From positions 22,459-86,458 of the forward strand of contig JBDRDJ010000025.1 of assembly GCA_043820815.1 (NCBI GenBank): 64,000 bases of DNA, written 5' to 3'. Positions within the stretch are counted from its first letter, which is position 1, and every line of letters begins with the position of its first letter. A program made the position numbers and the translations under genes. The stretch is from Candidatus Omnitrophota bacterium. Its GTDB lineage: Bacteria > Omnitrophota > Gorgyraeia > Duberdicusellales > 4484-171. The notes beneath the pieces are model-generated. The model worked only from the letters and a program-made list of their open reading frames with translations, had not been told where the DNA came from and made no database searches. Shown piece after piece: positions 53,656 to 62,976 of this stretch.

Positions 53656-55464
53656 TTAAAATATTTTTTCGATAGCATGCCCGATGATTTCCTTATTCGT
53701 TTCAAAGATTGAGGAAATACACATAGGCGCTTTCTCGATGTCAAAAGGAAATTCCAATAAGTTAACTTCGTCTCTTAAGGAGTCAAGAAAAACAAAATGC
53801 TTATCGGCATAGCGTTCAAGAACAACGCAAACGCAAGTTTTTTTAAGAGAAGCGACTTCGGAAATCATGGAAATACTTTCTCCGCTAACGAAAATAATAT
53901 CAGACAGAGCCACAAAACCGTCAAAAATAAAATCGTAATTATTCTTATTGGCATAGACAATAGCTTCGGTGCCGGGAAATTTTTCTAATTCATTTTCTAT
54001 GATTTTTCCGGCCTCAGCCGGGGTTCTGCGGGAAGTACTTAATAGTAATGAGTAGCCGCGGCTTTGTGAAAATATTTTAAGATTATCTATGAAATAATTC
54101 AGGTTTGACAAGAATTCCTGTTTGCCGTGCAAGACACCCCCTAAAAAGAACGATATTTTCTTAGATGGAGAAAGTTTAAACTGTTTAATGCAGTCATTGG
54201 ATTTCTTTGCCAGGTCAGATGGATAAAAAAGAGCGCCTTTTATAGTAGTTGCATGATCGGATTGTATGCGGTCATGCTCAGGAATTATTGTAAGGTTAAA
54301 TTTCGATAAGGGAGTATTCGGCCTTAATATATTGATTGATTTTGCACCAAGAAAAAAAGAGAAAATTGCATTGACCGGGGCGGAGATACTGCCTGTGCTG
54401 ATAACAACATCGGCGTAAACACTAATCAATTCCTTATAACTATCCGGCTTTAGGATAATTTTTAGGCACCAGCCGCATCCGCTGCAGCTTTTGCCTGAAA
54501 ATAGTGCGCATATTTCGGCAAAGATACGCATAAGCTGGTTTCGAAATTCTACATGGATCGTCCTGGGCCTGATGATATATGATTTCTCTTTTATAAAGGA
54601 TAAAAGGGCTTGAGATTGCTTAATGTGCCCCGGCTTGGAATCACTTAAAATAATAACGTCACGGTTTCGTTTGTGTTTAAAGCGTTTATAGTACCAGACG
54701 TATTCTTTGGGGTGCCGAATAAGGAAATCTTCGTAAATTTTGTTCAATACGGTTAGGAGATCTTCTTCTTCTTTGCCTGCGGGATCAATAGGGCAACCTA
54801 TCTCTAAAACATGAGAAAAGCCGTTTATTCGGTAACCGAAACAGGGGAAAATCTTCTTATTAAATTTTTTTGCCATATAAACCGCCCCTCGCGGGGTCGG
54901 CACTTTGTGTGAAAAGAAATCTATTAATAAGGCATTATTCCCTGCGCCATGGTCGATAACCAGCCCTGTAAAGCTACAGCGGCGCAGCTGGCGGATCAAC
55001 TCTTTAATGTTAAAACAGACTTTTATGCCTGAAACTTTTCGGCAGTCATTAATAAATCTGTTGAGTTGTTCGTTTTTTTGAGGTTTTACAAGAATGCTGT
55101 AGTTGATATGTTTAGCGAGGCAATAATTGTAGAGCTCCCAGCTGCCTTCATGGATACCTACGATAATTCCGCCGTTTTTATCAAAGTTATCGATTCCCTT
55201 AAGCACAACAAAGGCGGCGAGGCGCTGTGCAATAAAATTTTCAATTATGCTTAAACCAAGATTTATAAAACTCATTCGAACAATTTTGCACAGTTCCCAA
55301 GGAGGCTTATGAGGATATGCAGCTTTGGCGTTATGCAAAGCGGTATAGCGCTTTTTAGGAATTGAATACAGTAAAAGTCCGATAGCGGTTCCAAGAAACA
55401 AACAGGCAGGTAACGGCGTGCGAAGCAAGGTTTTTTTTATGAGTTTTAAAATCTTATATAGCAT
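53656..55464 (-). CDS. Lipid A late acyltransferase (LpxL/HtrB family) fused to ELM1/DUF1022-like domain
   Basis: The N-terminal ~290 aa has GIHEGSWE (Hx4E) and VWYYKRFKH. The C-terminal ~310 aa starts VIILSDSKPGHIKQSQAL, typical of DUF1022/ELM1-like proteins. Confidence 0.65.
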   Translation of the reverse strand: MLYKILKLIKKTLLRTPLPACLFLGTAIGLLLYSIPKKRYTALHNAKAAYPHKPPWELCKIVRMSFINLGLSIIENFIAQRLAAFVVLKGIDNFDKNGGIIVGIHEGSWELYNYCLAKHINYSILVKPQKNEQLNRFINDCRKVSGIKVCFNIKELIRQLRRCSFTGLVIDHGAGNNALLIDFFSHKVPTPRGAVYMAKKFNKKIFPCFGYRINGFSHVLEIGCPIDPAGKEEEDLLTVLNKIYEDFLIRHPKEYVWYYKRFKHKRNRDVIILSDSKPGHIKQSQALLSFIKEKSYIIRPRTIHVEFRNQLMRIFAEICALFSGKSCSGCGWCLKIILKPDSYKELISVYADVVISTGSISAPVNAIFSFFLGAKSINILRPNTPLSKFNLTIIPEHDRIQSDHATTIKGALFYPSDLAKKSNDCIKQFKLSPSKKISFFLGGVLHGKQEFLSNLNYFIDNLKIFSQSRGYSLLLSTSRRTPAEAGKIIENELEKFPGTEAIVYANKNNYDFIFDGFVALSDIIFVSGESISMISEVASLKKTCVCVVLERYADKHFVFLDSLRDEVNLLEFPFDIEKAPMCISSIFETNKEIIGHAIEKIF

Positions 55465-55467
55465 CTT

Positions 55468-56490
55468 TTATAAAAAACTTTTAACGGTTTCAAGGAAATT
55501 AGGTTCATCCTGAATTACAATTTCTATTTCTGCGACAATAACGGTAACATTAAACTCCCGGGGAACTTGAAGGTGATAACGGTCTTTTTCCGTAATAATA
55601 AGGTATTTTATGCCTTTTGCAAGAAGAAATTTCTCTAAAGATTTAAGTTCTGCCAAAGTAACATCTTGGTGATCCGGAAAAGTTATAGTTTCAGAAAGGT
55701 TAATTTTACTGTCTTGTAAAAGCTTATAAAATCCTCCGGGGTACCCTATTCCTGAGCAAGCAGCAATTTTTCTATCTTTTAAATCATCTAAGGAGAAATT
55801 TTTGCCGTCGTAAGCGGCAAACTTTTTAATTTTGTACGTAGCATAAAAAACTTGAAGATGAGGAAAACGGGAAATAAGGATAGAAACAGCGTCTTTAAGG
55901 TTTTCAGCCTCATTTTTATAAGTGATAACCAGAATTTGTGCACGCAGGAGGGAATTTGTTTTTTCCCGAAAGATACCTGCGGGAATAAGATGAAAAGGCT
56001 GGCGGAATTCACGCGAGTTCATTACAACGATGTCAACATTTCTTTTCAATTTACGATGCTGGAAACCGTCGTCGAGTATAAACAGATCAAAATTTAAAGC
56101 TTGAGCCCGGGCAAAGCGCAGCCGGTTTGAAGAGGAAAATACATTTAGGCCGCGGTTTTTAATTAACTTCTCTTCGTCGGCGCCCCAGCCCCGCCGGAGT
56201 ATGGCAACCTTATACCAAAAAGACAGCCTGCTGGCAAGAAACATCGAAAGGGTTGTCTTGCCTGTCCCTCCCCAGGAAATATTGCCTATGCTTACAACAG
56301 GCTTTTCACAGCTGAAAGAGCGAAGAATCTGAAAGCGGAAAAGAAAATTACGGGCGCAAACAAGCAAATTGTATGCGTATGAAAAAAACAGTAAAATAAA
56401 ATGCATGGGGTAATCAAGAAGATTCAAGTTCCTCTTTTCGACAAAACCCACATAGGAGTTAATCAGTTTTGATTTTATTCTATGGCGCAT
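55468..56490 (-). CDS. lpxK: Tetraacyldisaccharide 4'-kinase
   Basis: VVSIGNISWGGTGKTT P-loop in LpxK context, and ILDDGFQH. Confidence 0.85.
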   Translation of the reverse strand: MRHRIKSKLINSYVGFVEKRNLNLLDYPMHFILLFFSYAYNLLVCARNFLFRFQILRSFSCEKPVVSIGNISWGGTGKTTLSMFLASRLSFWYKVAILRRGWGADEEKLIKNRGLNVFSSSNRLRFARAQALNFDLFILDDGFQHRKLKRNVDIVVMNSREFRQPFHLIPAGIFREKTNSLLRAQILVITYKNEAENLKDAVSILISRFPHLQVFYATYKIKKFAAYDGKNFSLDDLKDRKIAACSGIGYPGGFYKLLQDSKINLSETITFPDHQDVTLAELKSLEKFLLAKGIKYLIITEKDRYHLQVPREFNVTVIVAEIEIVIQDEPNFLETVKSFL

Positions 56491-57757
56491 AATTTAAAAT
56501 AATTCTAAGGTTGTTATCCAGGGCTTTTTTTGACCCTTCAAATACATCAAGCGAATTAAGCCTGAGCCTGCTTCTTTGCTCTTCATCAGTTGCCAATTGA
56601 GTTATGGTTTCCTTTAACTCATTGAAATCATTTGCCTTGATAGCGGCACCTTTTGAAATAACCATATCGGCAATTTCGCGAAAATTATGCATATGCGGGC
56701 CAAAGCAAGTGGGCTTGAGGAAATACAGAGGTTCTAGAATGTTATGCCCTCCGAGATTTACCATGCTGCCGCCGACAAAACAAATATCAGCAAGGCTGTA
56801 AAGATAGAGCAACTGGCCGATTGCGTCCAATATGTAAACGTCCGACGAGCCGCCGTATAGATTATCGGCCCCGGTTGTTATTTTCTGAGGGGTAAATCCT
56901 TTTGCGCGAATGGATTGCTCAATTAAGGGTATTCTTTCAAGGTGCCTCGGGGCGATCAGCAGGGTGAGCGGGATATTCTTTTTACAGATATCTGCGTATA
57001 TTTCAAGGAGTAACTCCTCTTCGTTATGATGAGTGCTTGCCGCAATCAAAAGAAGATGGTTACCGGGCTTTAAAAGTTTTAAATAGCTGTTTTTAATTGT
57101 CAAAAGCCGGGATTCGTCTACCGATATACTGTTAAATTTCATATTTCCGCCTGCAGTAACGGTTTCTTCAGGGCACCCTAAGGATATAAACTTATCGCGC
57201 TGGCTAAGGCTTTGTGCGCTTATGCAATTACAAAGCGAAAGAATCTTTCCGATAAAAAATTTTAATCTGAGGTATTTAGGAAAAGCTTTATCGGATATTC
57301 TTCCATTTAAAATAATAACGGGAACTTTTTTCTTTCTTAAGCGGTAGAAAAGATTAGGCCATATTTCAGTTTCAATGGAAATAAAGATTTTAGGGTTTAT
57401 TTTGTTAACAACGCTATCTATAATAATGGAAATATCAATAGGAAAAAATATAACTTTGGCTAAAAGGGAATATTTTTCTACAGCTAACCTGTTTCCCGTG
57501 AGCGTAGTCGTCGAAACCACAATCGGATAATCAAAGGTTTCTTTTAATTTCTTTAATAAACTTTCGATTAAAAGAACTTCCCCTACGCTTACGGCTTGAA
57601 TCCATATGCAGTTTCTAACTGATGATTGCCCGATGAAACCAAATTTTTGTTTGAGCGCCCGGAGGTTGATTTTTCCCCGTGCAAAACATACCGGAAGATA
57701 AATCACAAACCCTATCAGGAATAAGATATCGTAAATTATGAAAAATAATTTCCACAT
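56480..57757 (-). CDS. waaA: 3-deoxy-D-manno-octulosonic acid (Kdo) transferase
   Basis: WIQAVSVGEV motif, N-terminal anchor, and GGHNILEP near the C-terminus. Confidence 0.85.
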   Translation of the reverse strand: MWKLFFIIYDILFLIGFVIYLPVCFARGKINLRALKQKFGFIGQSSVRNCIWIQAVSVGEVLLIESLLKKLKETFDYPIVVSTTTLTGNRLAVEKYSLLAKVIFFPIDISIIIDSVVNKINPKIFISIETEIWPNLFYRLRKKKVPVIILNGRISDKAFPKYLRLKFFIGKILSLCNCISAQSLSQRDKFISLGCPEETVTAGGNMKFNSISVDESRLLTIKNSYLKLLKPGNHLLLIAASTHHNEEELLLEIYADICKKNIPLTLLIAPRHLERIPLIEQSIRAKGFTPQKITTGADNLYGGSSDVYILDAIGQLLYLYSLADICFVGGSMVNLGGHNILEPLYFLKPTCFGPHMHNFREIADMVISKGAAIKANDFNELKETITQLATDEEQRSRLRLNSLDVFEGSKKALDNNLRIILNYAP

Positions 57758-57766
57758 TTGTTTCGG

Positions 57767-57843
57767 ATTTCGCCCTTCGACTCATTTTATTCGCTTAAGG
57801 GCGACCCTTAAGCGAAGCCCTTAAACATAGTGAAGGGCGAAAT
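57767..57843. other. 77-nt nested inverted-repeat element (12-bp outer stem enclosing an 11-bp/3-nt-loop hairpin)
   Basis: Outer arms ATTTCGCCCTTC (57767-57778) and GAAGGGCGAAAT (57832-57843). Inner hairpin TCGCTTAAGGG-CGA-CCCTTAAGCGA (57791-57815). It lies in the xerC/D-waaA intergenic gap. Confidence 0.6.
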
Positions 57844-57878
57844 TGTAAACTCATCTCATTGATTATTCAATTTAACGA

Positions 57879-58760
57879 TTATTTAGCTCTCGGGTGCGCT
57901 TTATCGTAAACCTTTTTAAGCGAGTCTATGGTTAAATGTGTATAAATTTGGGTTGTGGAAATGCTGGAATGCCCTAAGAGTTCCTGAACGCTTCTTAAGT
58001 CAGCACCGCGGTTTAGCAAATGAGTTGCAAAAGAATGCCGGAAAATGTGAGGGAAAACCTTAAAAGACAGCGCCGCCTTTATCATGTAGCGGTTCAATAT
58101 ATTACGCACTCCCCTGTCTGTTAATTTAGAGAAACGCCTGTTTACAAAAAGCCAGGGATTATTGTCGTTTCTTTTGTCAAGATATTGCTTAATTCTGAGA
58201 ACCGCAGTATTTCCTAAAGGCATGAGCCTTTCCTTCCTTCCTTTGCCCCTGACTTTTGCGACTTGCCCTACAAAGTCTATATTTTCAATGCGCAGTGATA
58301 CAAGTTCAGATACCCTTGCTCCAGTCGAATACAAGAATTCAATAATAGCAAGATCACGCAAACTCAAAAAAGAATTGTCATTTGATAAATCTAAGATTTG
58401 ATGAATTTGATTCTCGGTAAGAAACTTAGGAAGCGGTTTGTCTTGCCTGGGATAAATCAGCGAAACAGCATGATTATGTTCTATCTCTTTCTCGCGCAGC
58501 ATGAATTTAAAGAAACTTTTTAAAGTGGATATCTTGCGCGAAAGCGTTCTTTTGCTCAGTTTTTTGTCGCTAAGACGGCTTAAGAATTTACGGAGGATAA
58601 AATAATCAATCTTTTTTATATCATCTAAGACAAGTGAATTAAGGAATTCTTCGAATTCAGAGAGATCCATGCGGTAATTTAGGATTGTATGCGGTGAATA
58701 GTTTTTCTCAATCTCGATATAACGCAAAAACTTATCAATATAATAAGAAAATGGAACCAT
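57879..58760 (-). CDS. Tyrosine recombinase XerC/XerD family
   Basis: ARVSELVSL, HIFRHSFATHLL, and LGHSSISTTQIYTH (R-H-R-Y catalytic set). Confidence 0.85.
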   Translation of the reverse strand: MVPFSYYIDKFLRYIEIEKNYSPHTILNYRMDLSEFEEFLNSLVLDDIKKIDYFILRKFLSRLSDKKLSKRTLSRKISTLKSFFKFMLREKEIEHNHAVSLIYPRQDKPLPKFLTENQIHQILDLSNDNSFLSLRDLAIIEFLYSTGARVSELVSLRIENIDFVGQVAKVRGKGRKERLMPLGNTAVLRIKQYLDKRNDNNPWLFVNRRFSKLTDRGVRNILNRYMIKAALSFKVFPHIFRHSFATHLLNRGADLRSVQELLGHSSISTTQIYTHLTIDSLKKVYDKAHPRAK

Positions 58761-58791
58761 AATTTTTATTCGATGCTATCTAAGCAAATTA

Positions 58792-60891
58792 TCAATTAAT
58801 ACTTTCGTCTAGGGAATCTTGGCCTTCATCGGGCAGATTTCTAGATGTATAACGGCACGCGGGGAAAGTTGCACAGCCGTAAAAGAATTGTCCTCTTCTG
58901 TTTTTCCTTCGTATAAGTTTTCCATTGCCGCAGCCGGGACATACGGTATCGGTAGTTATGCTTTCGGCGTAACGGCACCGGGGAAAGTTTTCACAGCTTA
59001 GAAACTTTCCCTTGCGGGACCATTTAATAAGTAATTTCCCCGGGCATTTAGGGCAGATCTTGTCAGAATACTCAATTTCTTTTGTTATATGTGAAGACAT
59101 CAACTCAACTTTTTCCTTGAATTGAGGATAAAACTTCTCAAGGATAGACGGCCATTCGATTTTGCCGTCCTCTACTTCATCAAGCTGTTCTTCCATGAAA
59201 GCGGTAAAATTTTCGTCAATGACATCTGAAAAATGAGATTTTAACAATTCGCTTACCTTTACGCCTAACTCTGTGGGCACAAAAGCACGTTGCTCTCTCA
59301 TTATGTAATTTCGCGAAATCAGGGTAATGATGGTTGGAACATACGTTGAAGGCCTGCCTATTCCTTTTTCTTCAAGAAGCTTAACCAAAGACGCATCGTT
59401 GAATCTAGCGGGAGGCTTTGTGGTGTGGGCAGCATTGCTTAAGTTTTTTAACGTAACAGCTTGATCTTTCTCAAGGCCGGGGATAATTTTATCTTCCTCA
59501 GTGCCGGCAATCTTCAAAAAGCCGTCAAAGAGCAATTTTTTGCCATCGGTGGTAAACAGGGAATCCGATGATGAGATTGAAACCTTGCTTTGTTCAAATA
59601 TTGCCTCTTTCATAAACGAGCAAATGAACCTTTCCCATATCAATCTGTAAAGTTTTAACTCATCGGCAGCCATATAATCCTGAAGCTCATCGGGAGCGCG
59701 GAGTATACTTGTAGGGCGTATTGCTTCATGCGCTCCCTGGGCACTTTTTTTCTCTTTGTAAAGATAATCTTTTTCAGGAATATAGTTTTCTCCAAAGCGG
59801 CTCTTTATAAAATCTTTTACTTCTTTTTTGGATTTATCGCTGATACGGAAGGAATCGGTTCTCATGTATGTTATGAGGCCTACGCTTTCTCCGTTTATCT
59901 GTATGCCTTCGTAAAGGCGCTGTGCAATAATCATGGTTTTTTGGGAAGAAAACCGTAATTTGTTATATGCGTCCTGCTGCATGAGAGAAGTTGTAAACGG
60001 CGGCGGCGGTTTGCGTTTTATTTGTTTTGATTCGATCTTTGAAACTTTAAACTTTTGTGTTTTTAGCGCTTCAATGCACTCTTGTGCTGATTTATCCGTG
60101 TCAAAAACCGCTTCCTTACCATTGTATTGCTTAAGCTGCGCGGGGAATACTTTATCGCCGGAAAGAAATTCTGCCTCGACGGAATATGTTGTCAGGGGCA
60201 CGAACGCATTTATTATTTTTTCTCTGTCGACAATGAATTTAAGGGCAACGGACTGGACTCGTCCCGCTGAAAGCCCGCGCACAATTTTTTTCCATAACAA
60301 CGGGGAAAGATTATACCCTACTATCCTGTCAAGAACACGGCGGGCCTGCTGGGCATTTATTTTATTCATATCGAGGGCGTGCGGTTTAGTGAAGGCCTCT
60401 AATACTGCGTCCTTTGTGATTTCATGAAACACAACACGAAGAAATGAAACTGCGTTTTGCTTAAGCTGCTCTTGCAGGTGCCAGCCGATGGCTTCCCCTT
60501 CTCTGTCAGGGTCTGTCGCTATATAAATGCACTTTTTATTTTTAGCTTTTATTATCAACTGTTTTATAATTTTTTCTTTACCGGGAATTATACGGTAAGC
60601 GGGCTTAAAGCCGTTTTCAACATCTACGGAAATTTTGTTTGCCGGCAAATCAACAATATGCCCCATAGAAGAGGTTACTTCATAGCCTTTGCCTAAAATA
60701 TTAGATATTGTGCGGGCTTTTGCCGGCGATTCGACAATAACTAAATACCCTTCATTCTTTATGGCGGAAGTTTTAACCCTTAAGGATTTATTACTTTTTT
60801 TAACTGCTTTCGCTTCTTTATTTTGTGATTTGGCTTTGCGGCCTGTTTTGCCTGTTATTTTATTTAATGTATTAGATTTCTGCTTTTTCAT
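58792..60891 (-). CDS. topA: DNA topoisomerase I
   Basis: Toprim LVIVESPAKARTI, ATDPDREGEAI, and two C-terminal Cys4 zinc ribbons. A Lys-rich ~45-aa N-terminal extension is present. Confidence 0.9.
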   Translation of the reverse strand: MKKQKSNTLNKITGKTGRKAKSQNKEAKAVKKSNKSLRVKTSAIKNEGYLVIVESPAKARTISNILGKGYEVTSSMGHIVDLPANKISVDVENGFKPAYRIIPGKEKIIKQLIIKAKNKKCIYIATDPDREGEAIGWHLQEQLKQNAVSFLRVVFHEITKDAVLEAFTKPHALDMNKINAQQARRVLDRIVGYNLSPLLWKKIVRGLSAGRVQSVALKFIVDREKIINAFVPLTTYSVEAEFLSGDKVFPAQLKQYNGKEAVFDTDKSAQECIEALKTQKFKVSKIESKQIKRKPPPPFTTSLMQQDAYNKLRFSSQKTMIIAQRLYEGIQINGESVGLITYMRTDSFRISDKSKKEVKDFIKSRFGENYIPEKDYLYKEKKSAQGAHEAIRPTSILRAPDELQDYMAADELKLYRLIWERFICSFMKEAIFEQSKVSISSSDSLFTTDGKKLLFDGFLKIAGTEEDKIIPGLEKDQAVTLKNLSNAAHTTKPPARFNDASLVKLLEEKGIGRPSTYVPTIITLISRNYIMREQRAFVPTELGVKVSELLKSHFSDVIDENFTAFMEEQLDEVEDGKIEWPSILEKFYPQFKEKVELMSSHITKEIEYSDKICPKCPGKLLIKWSRKGKFLSCENFPRCRYAESITTDTVCPGCGNGKLIRRKNRRGQFFYGCATFPACRYTSRNLPDEGQDSLDESIN

Positions 60892-61832
60892 GATACTCCT
60901 TTTCCGCTTAGCACCTTTAAATCCAAAGGCGGGTTATTTCTTGAAGGTGCGTTTTCAAAGGTTATGTTAAACTCTTCGAGTATATCTTCAACACAATCAA
61001 CAAGTTTTGCCCCGTCCTTTAACAGCTGGTGTGTTCCTTTGCTTAAGGGGCTGTCAGCGTTGCCCGGGAGGGCAAATACTTCACGGTTTTCTTCAGCCGC
61101 AATATGCGCAGTTATGAGAGATCCGCTTCTCTTTGCCGCCTCAACCACAAGGATTCCTTTTGACAAACCGCTGATTATACGGTTTCTGCGGGGGAAATGT
61201 TCCCGCAAAGGAGGGGCCATAAGAGGAAATTCAGAAATAACCGCACCTTTATGGCTTATCTTCTCCGCAAGCCCTATATTTTCCTTGGGATATATGTTAG
61301 AAAGGCCGCTTCCTAAAACCGCAATTGTTTTACCGCCGGCAAGAGCCCCTTTATGTGCCAAGGAGTCAATTCCCCGGGCAAGCCCGGATACGATTGTTAA
61401 TCCGAAAGAGGCAAGCTTAAAAGCAAACTCTTCAGCCATAACCTTGCCGTAAATTGTCGGTATGCGGGAGCCGACTATTGCAAAATTCTCTTTAAGCAGA
61501 GACCCGGGGTCGCCTTTTACGTAAAGAAGCGGCGGAGGGTCGCTGGATTCATTTAGGATTCCGGGGTAGTTATGATCGGTAAAATCAACGAGGCTGATGT
61601 CTTTTTTTTTAATGCCTTTTATTTCATTATCGAGCATAGCCATGCTGCGAGGTGATTTTATTGCTTCGATATCTCTTTCGTTTAGCGAAGGTATATGTTT
61701 AAGGTCAGAGTGTTTAAGGGAAAATATATCGTCAGGATCTTTTAGAAAACAGATAATTTCTCTGATTTTTCTTGGGCTTATATCAATCAGGTTCAAAAAC
61801 ACAAAAGCTTCTTTAGACATTATCGCGGTCAC
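60888..61832 (-). CDS. dprA: DNA-processing protein DprA (Smf)
   Basis: IVGSRIPTIYGKVMAEEFA...IVSGLARGIDSLAHKGAL Rossmann-like DprA core. Confidence 0.85.
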   Translation of the reverse strand: MTAIMSKEAFVFLNLIDISPRKIREIICFLKDPDDIFSLKHSDLKHIPSLNERDIEAIKSPRSMAMLDNEIKGIKKKDISLVDFTDHNYPGILNESSDPPPLLYVKGDPGSLLKENFAIVGSRIPTIYGKVMAEEFAFKLASFGLTIVSGLARGIDSLAHKGALAGGKTIAVLGSGLSNIYPKENIGLAEKISHKGAVISEFPLMAPPLREHFPRRNRIISGLSKGILVVEAAKRSGSLITAHIAAEENREVFALPGNADSPLSKGTHQLLKDGAKLVDCVEDILEEFNITFENAPSRNNPPLDLKVLSGKGVS

Positions 61833-62337
61833 CTTTTTTTTCTAAGAGAGATATGATTTCACAGGCGATTTCCTCAGGCATTTTTGAGCCGGTATCAATA
61901 GAAAAATCAGCCTTTTTATAGGAAGGTTTTCGTTTTTCATATAAATCTCTTATCTCATCGAGCGGGTCTTTGACGTTTAATATCGGCCGTCGGGAAGAAT
62001 CTTTAGTGCGTTCGTAAATCGTAAAAATATCTGCATTGAGATTTATAATTATTCCGGAATCTTTAAGGGTTTTTAAATTTGCCTCATCACAGATAAGGCC
62101 GCCGCCGCAGCTTACTATTAAACCCTTGCGCTTTGAGATTTCACATAGAAGCTCTTTTTCTTTTTTCCGAAAATACGGCTCTCCGGCCTGGCTGAAAATA
62201 TCACTGATTTTCTTACTCTCGCGTTTTTCAATAACATCATCCATTTCGATAAGTTCACGCCCTAACTTAACGGACAGTAAATTAGCGATTGTGGTTTTGC
62301 CGGTTCCCATGAAGCCGACAATATATATATTATTCAT
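61813..62337 (-). CDS. aroK: Shikimate kinase
   Basis: IYIVGFMGTGKTTIA P-loop, SCGGG, about 170 aa. Confidence 0.85.
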   Translation of the reverse strand: MNNIYIVGFMGTGKTTIANLLSVKLGRELIEMDDVIEKRESKKISDIFSQAGEPYFRKKEKELLCEISKRKGLIVSCGGGLICDEANLKTLKDSGIIINLNADIFTIYERTKDSSRRPILNVKDPLDEIRDLYEKRKPSYKKADFSIDTGSKMPEEIACEIISLLEKKGDRDNV

Positions 62338-62346
62338 ATTTTTAGT

Positions 62347-62375
62347 ATTATCAACTTAATAGGCGGGTTTGTCAA
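62347..62375 (-). promoter_or_regulatory. Sigma70-type promoter directly abutting aroK start (leaderless-type geometry)
   Basis: The minus strand reads TTGACA (62375-62370), a 17-nt spacer, then GATAAT (62352-62347). Only 9 nt separate the -10 from the ATG at 62337, and there is no SD. Confidence 0.55.
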
Positions 62376-62440
62376 GTTAAAGCGAAAAACCGGCTATGGG
62401 AAGAAACAGGCTAATCTGGTGACCAATTATCTATTTATCT

Positions 62441-62964
62441 TTAGCCTTGGTGGAAACCGATTTTCGGTCTTGGCTTTTCCGAGGGGGCCATCAATTTACG
62501 AATTGCCTCAAAAATAGTATGTATTTCTTTATCGTGCTTCTCAATTTTCTCCTCAATCAAGCTTAGCTTGTAAGCAAAGTCTTTATAAGTTAAGGCAACC
62601 TCTCGTATTTTGACGAAAGTGCGCATAATTGCGATATTTACTTGGATAGCCCTTTCACTGTAAGGATGCTTGATAACATTGCCACGCCTTGCTCGGTAAA
62701 GGCATGGGGAGCCACAGAAGAATGCTTAAGGGTTTTGAACCGGTCACAAATTGTGACCAGTTCCTCTTTTTCGGATTTGAACAAGCGCAACATAAAATCT
62801 TCCGGAAACCTCTTTATATTACGCCTTACAGTCTGATTAAGCACCTTTGTGGAAACTCCATATAGCTCTGCTAAGTCTCTATCCAGCATAACGTTATGCC
62901 CACGGACTGTAAATATTCTTGTCTCAATAACAATATCCGATATAGCTATGTTAGCCATAATCAC
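62441..62964 (-). pseudogene. ORF6N (KilA-N-related) domain gene interrupted by a 1-nt frameshift
   Basis: ORFs 62638-62964 and 62441-62626 are two halves of one gene. Reading in the second frame from about 62659 gives [15 protein letters not shown], which continues the conserved ORF6N sequence after ...GVAMLSSIL. Confidence 0.65.
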
Positions 62965-62976
62965 CCCTCCCTTATA

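Noticed and set aside
57767-57843. The 77-nt element with complementary ends as a possible tRNA
   Set aside because: The length is tRNA-like, but the pairing is a 12-bp terminal stem plus one 11-bp hairpin with a 3-nt loop. On either strand there is no D-arm, no 7-nt anticodon loop and no GTTCRA T-loop.
57879-58760. The tyrosine recombinase as the integrase of a mobile element or integron
   Set aside because: Its size and motifs fit housekeeping XerC/XerD, and it is flanked by topA and LPS genes. No attC-like arrays, direct repeats or cargo genes are evident. Only the adjacent hairpin element is unexplained.
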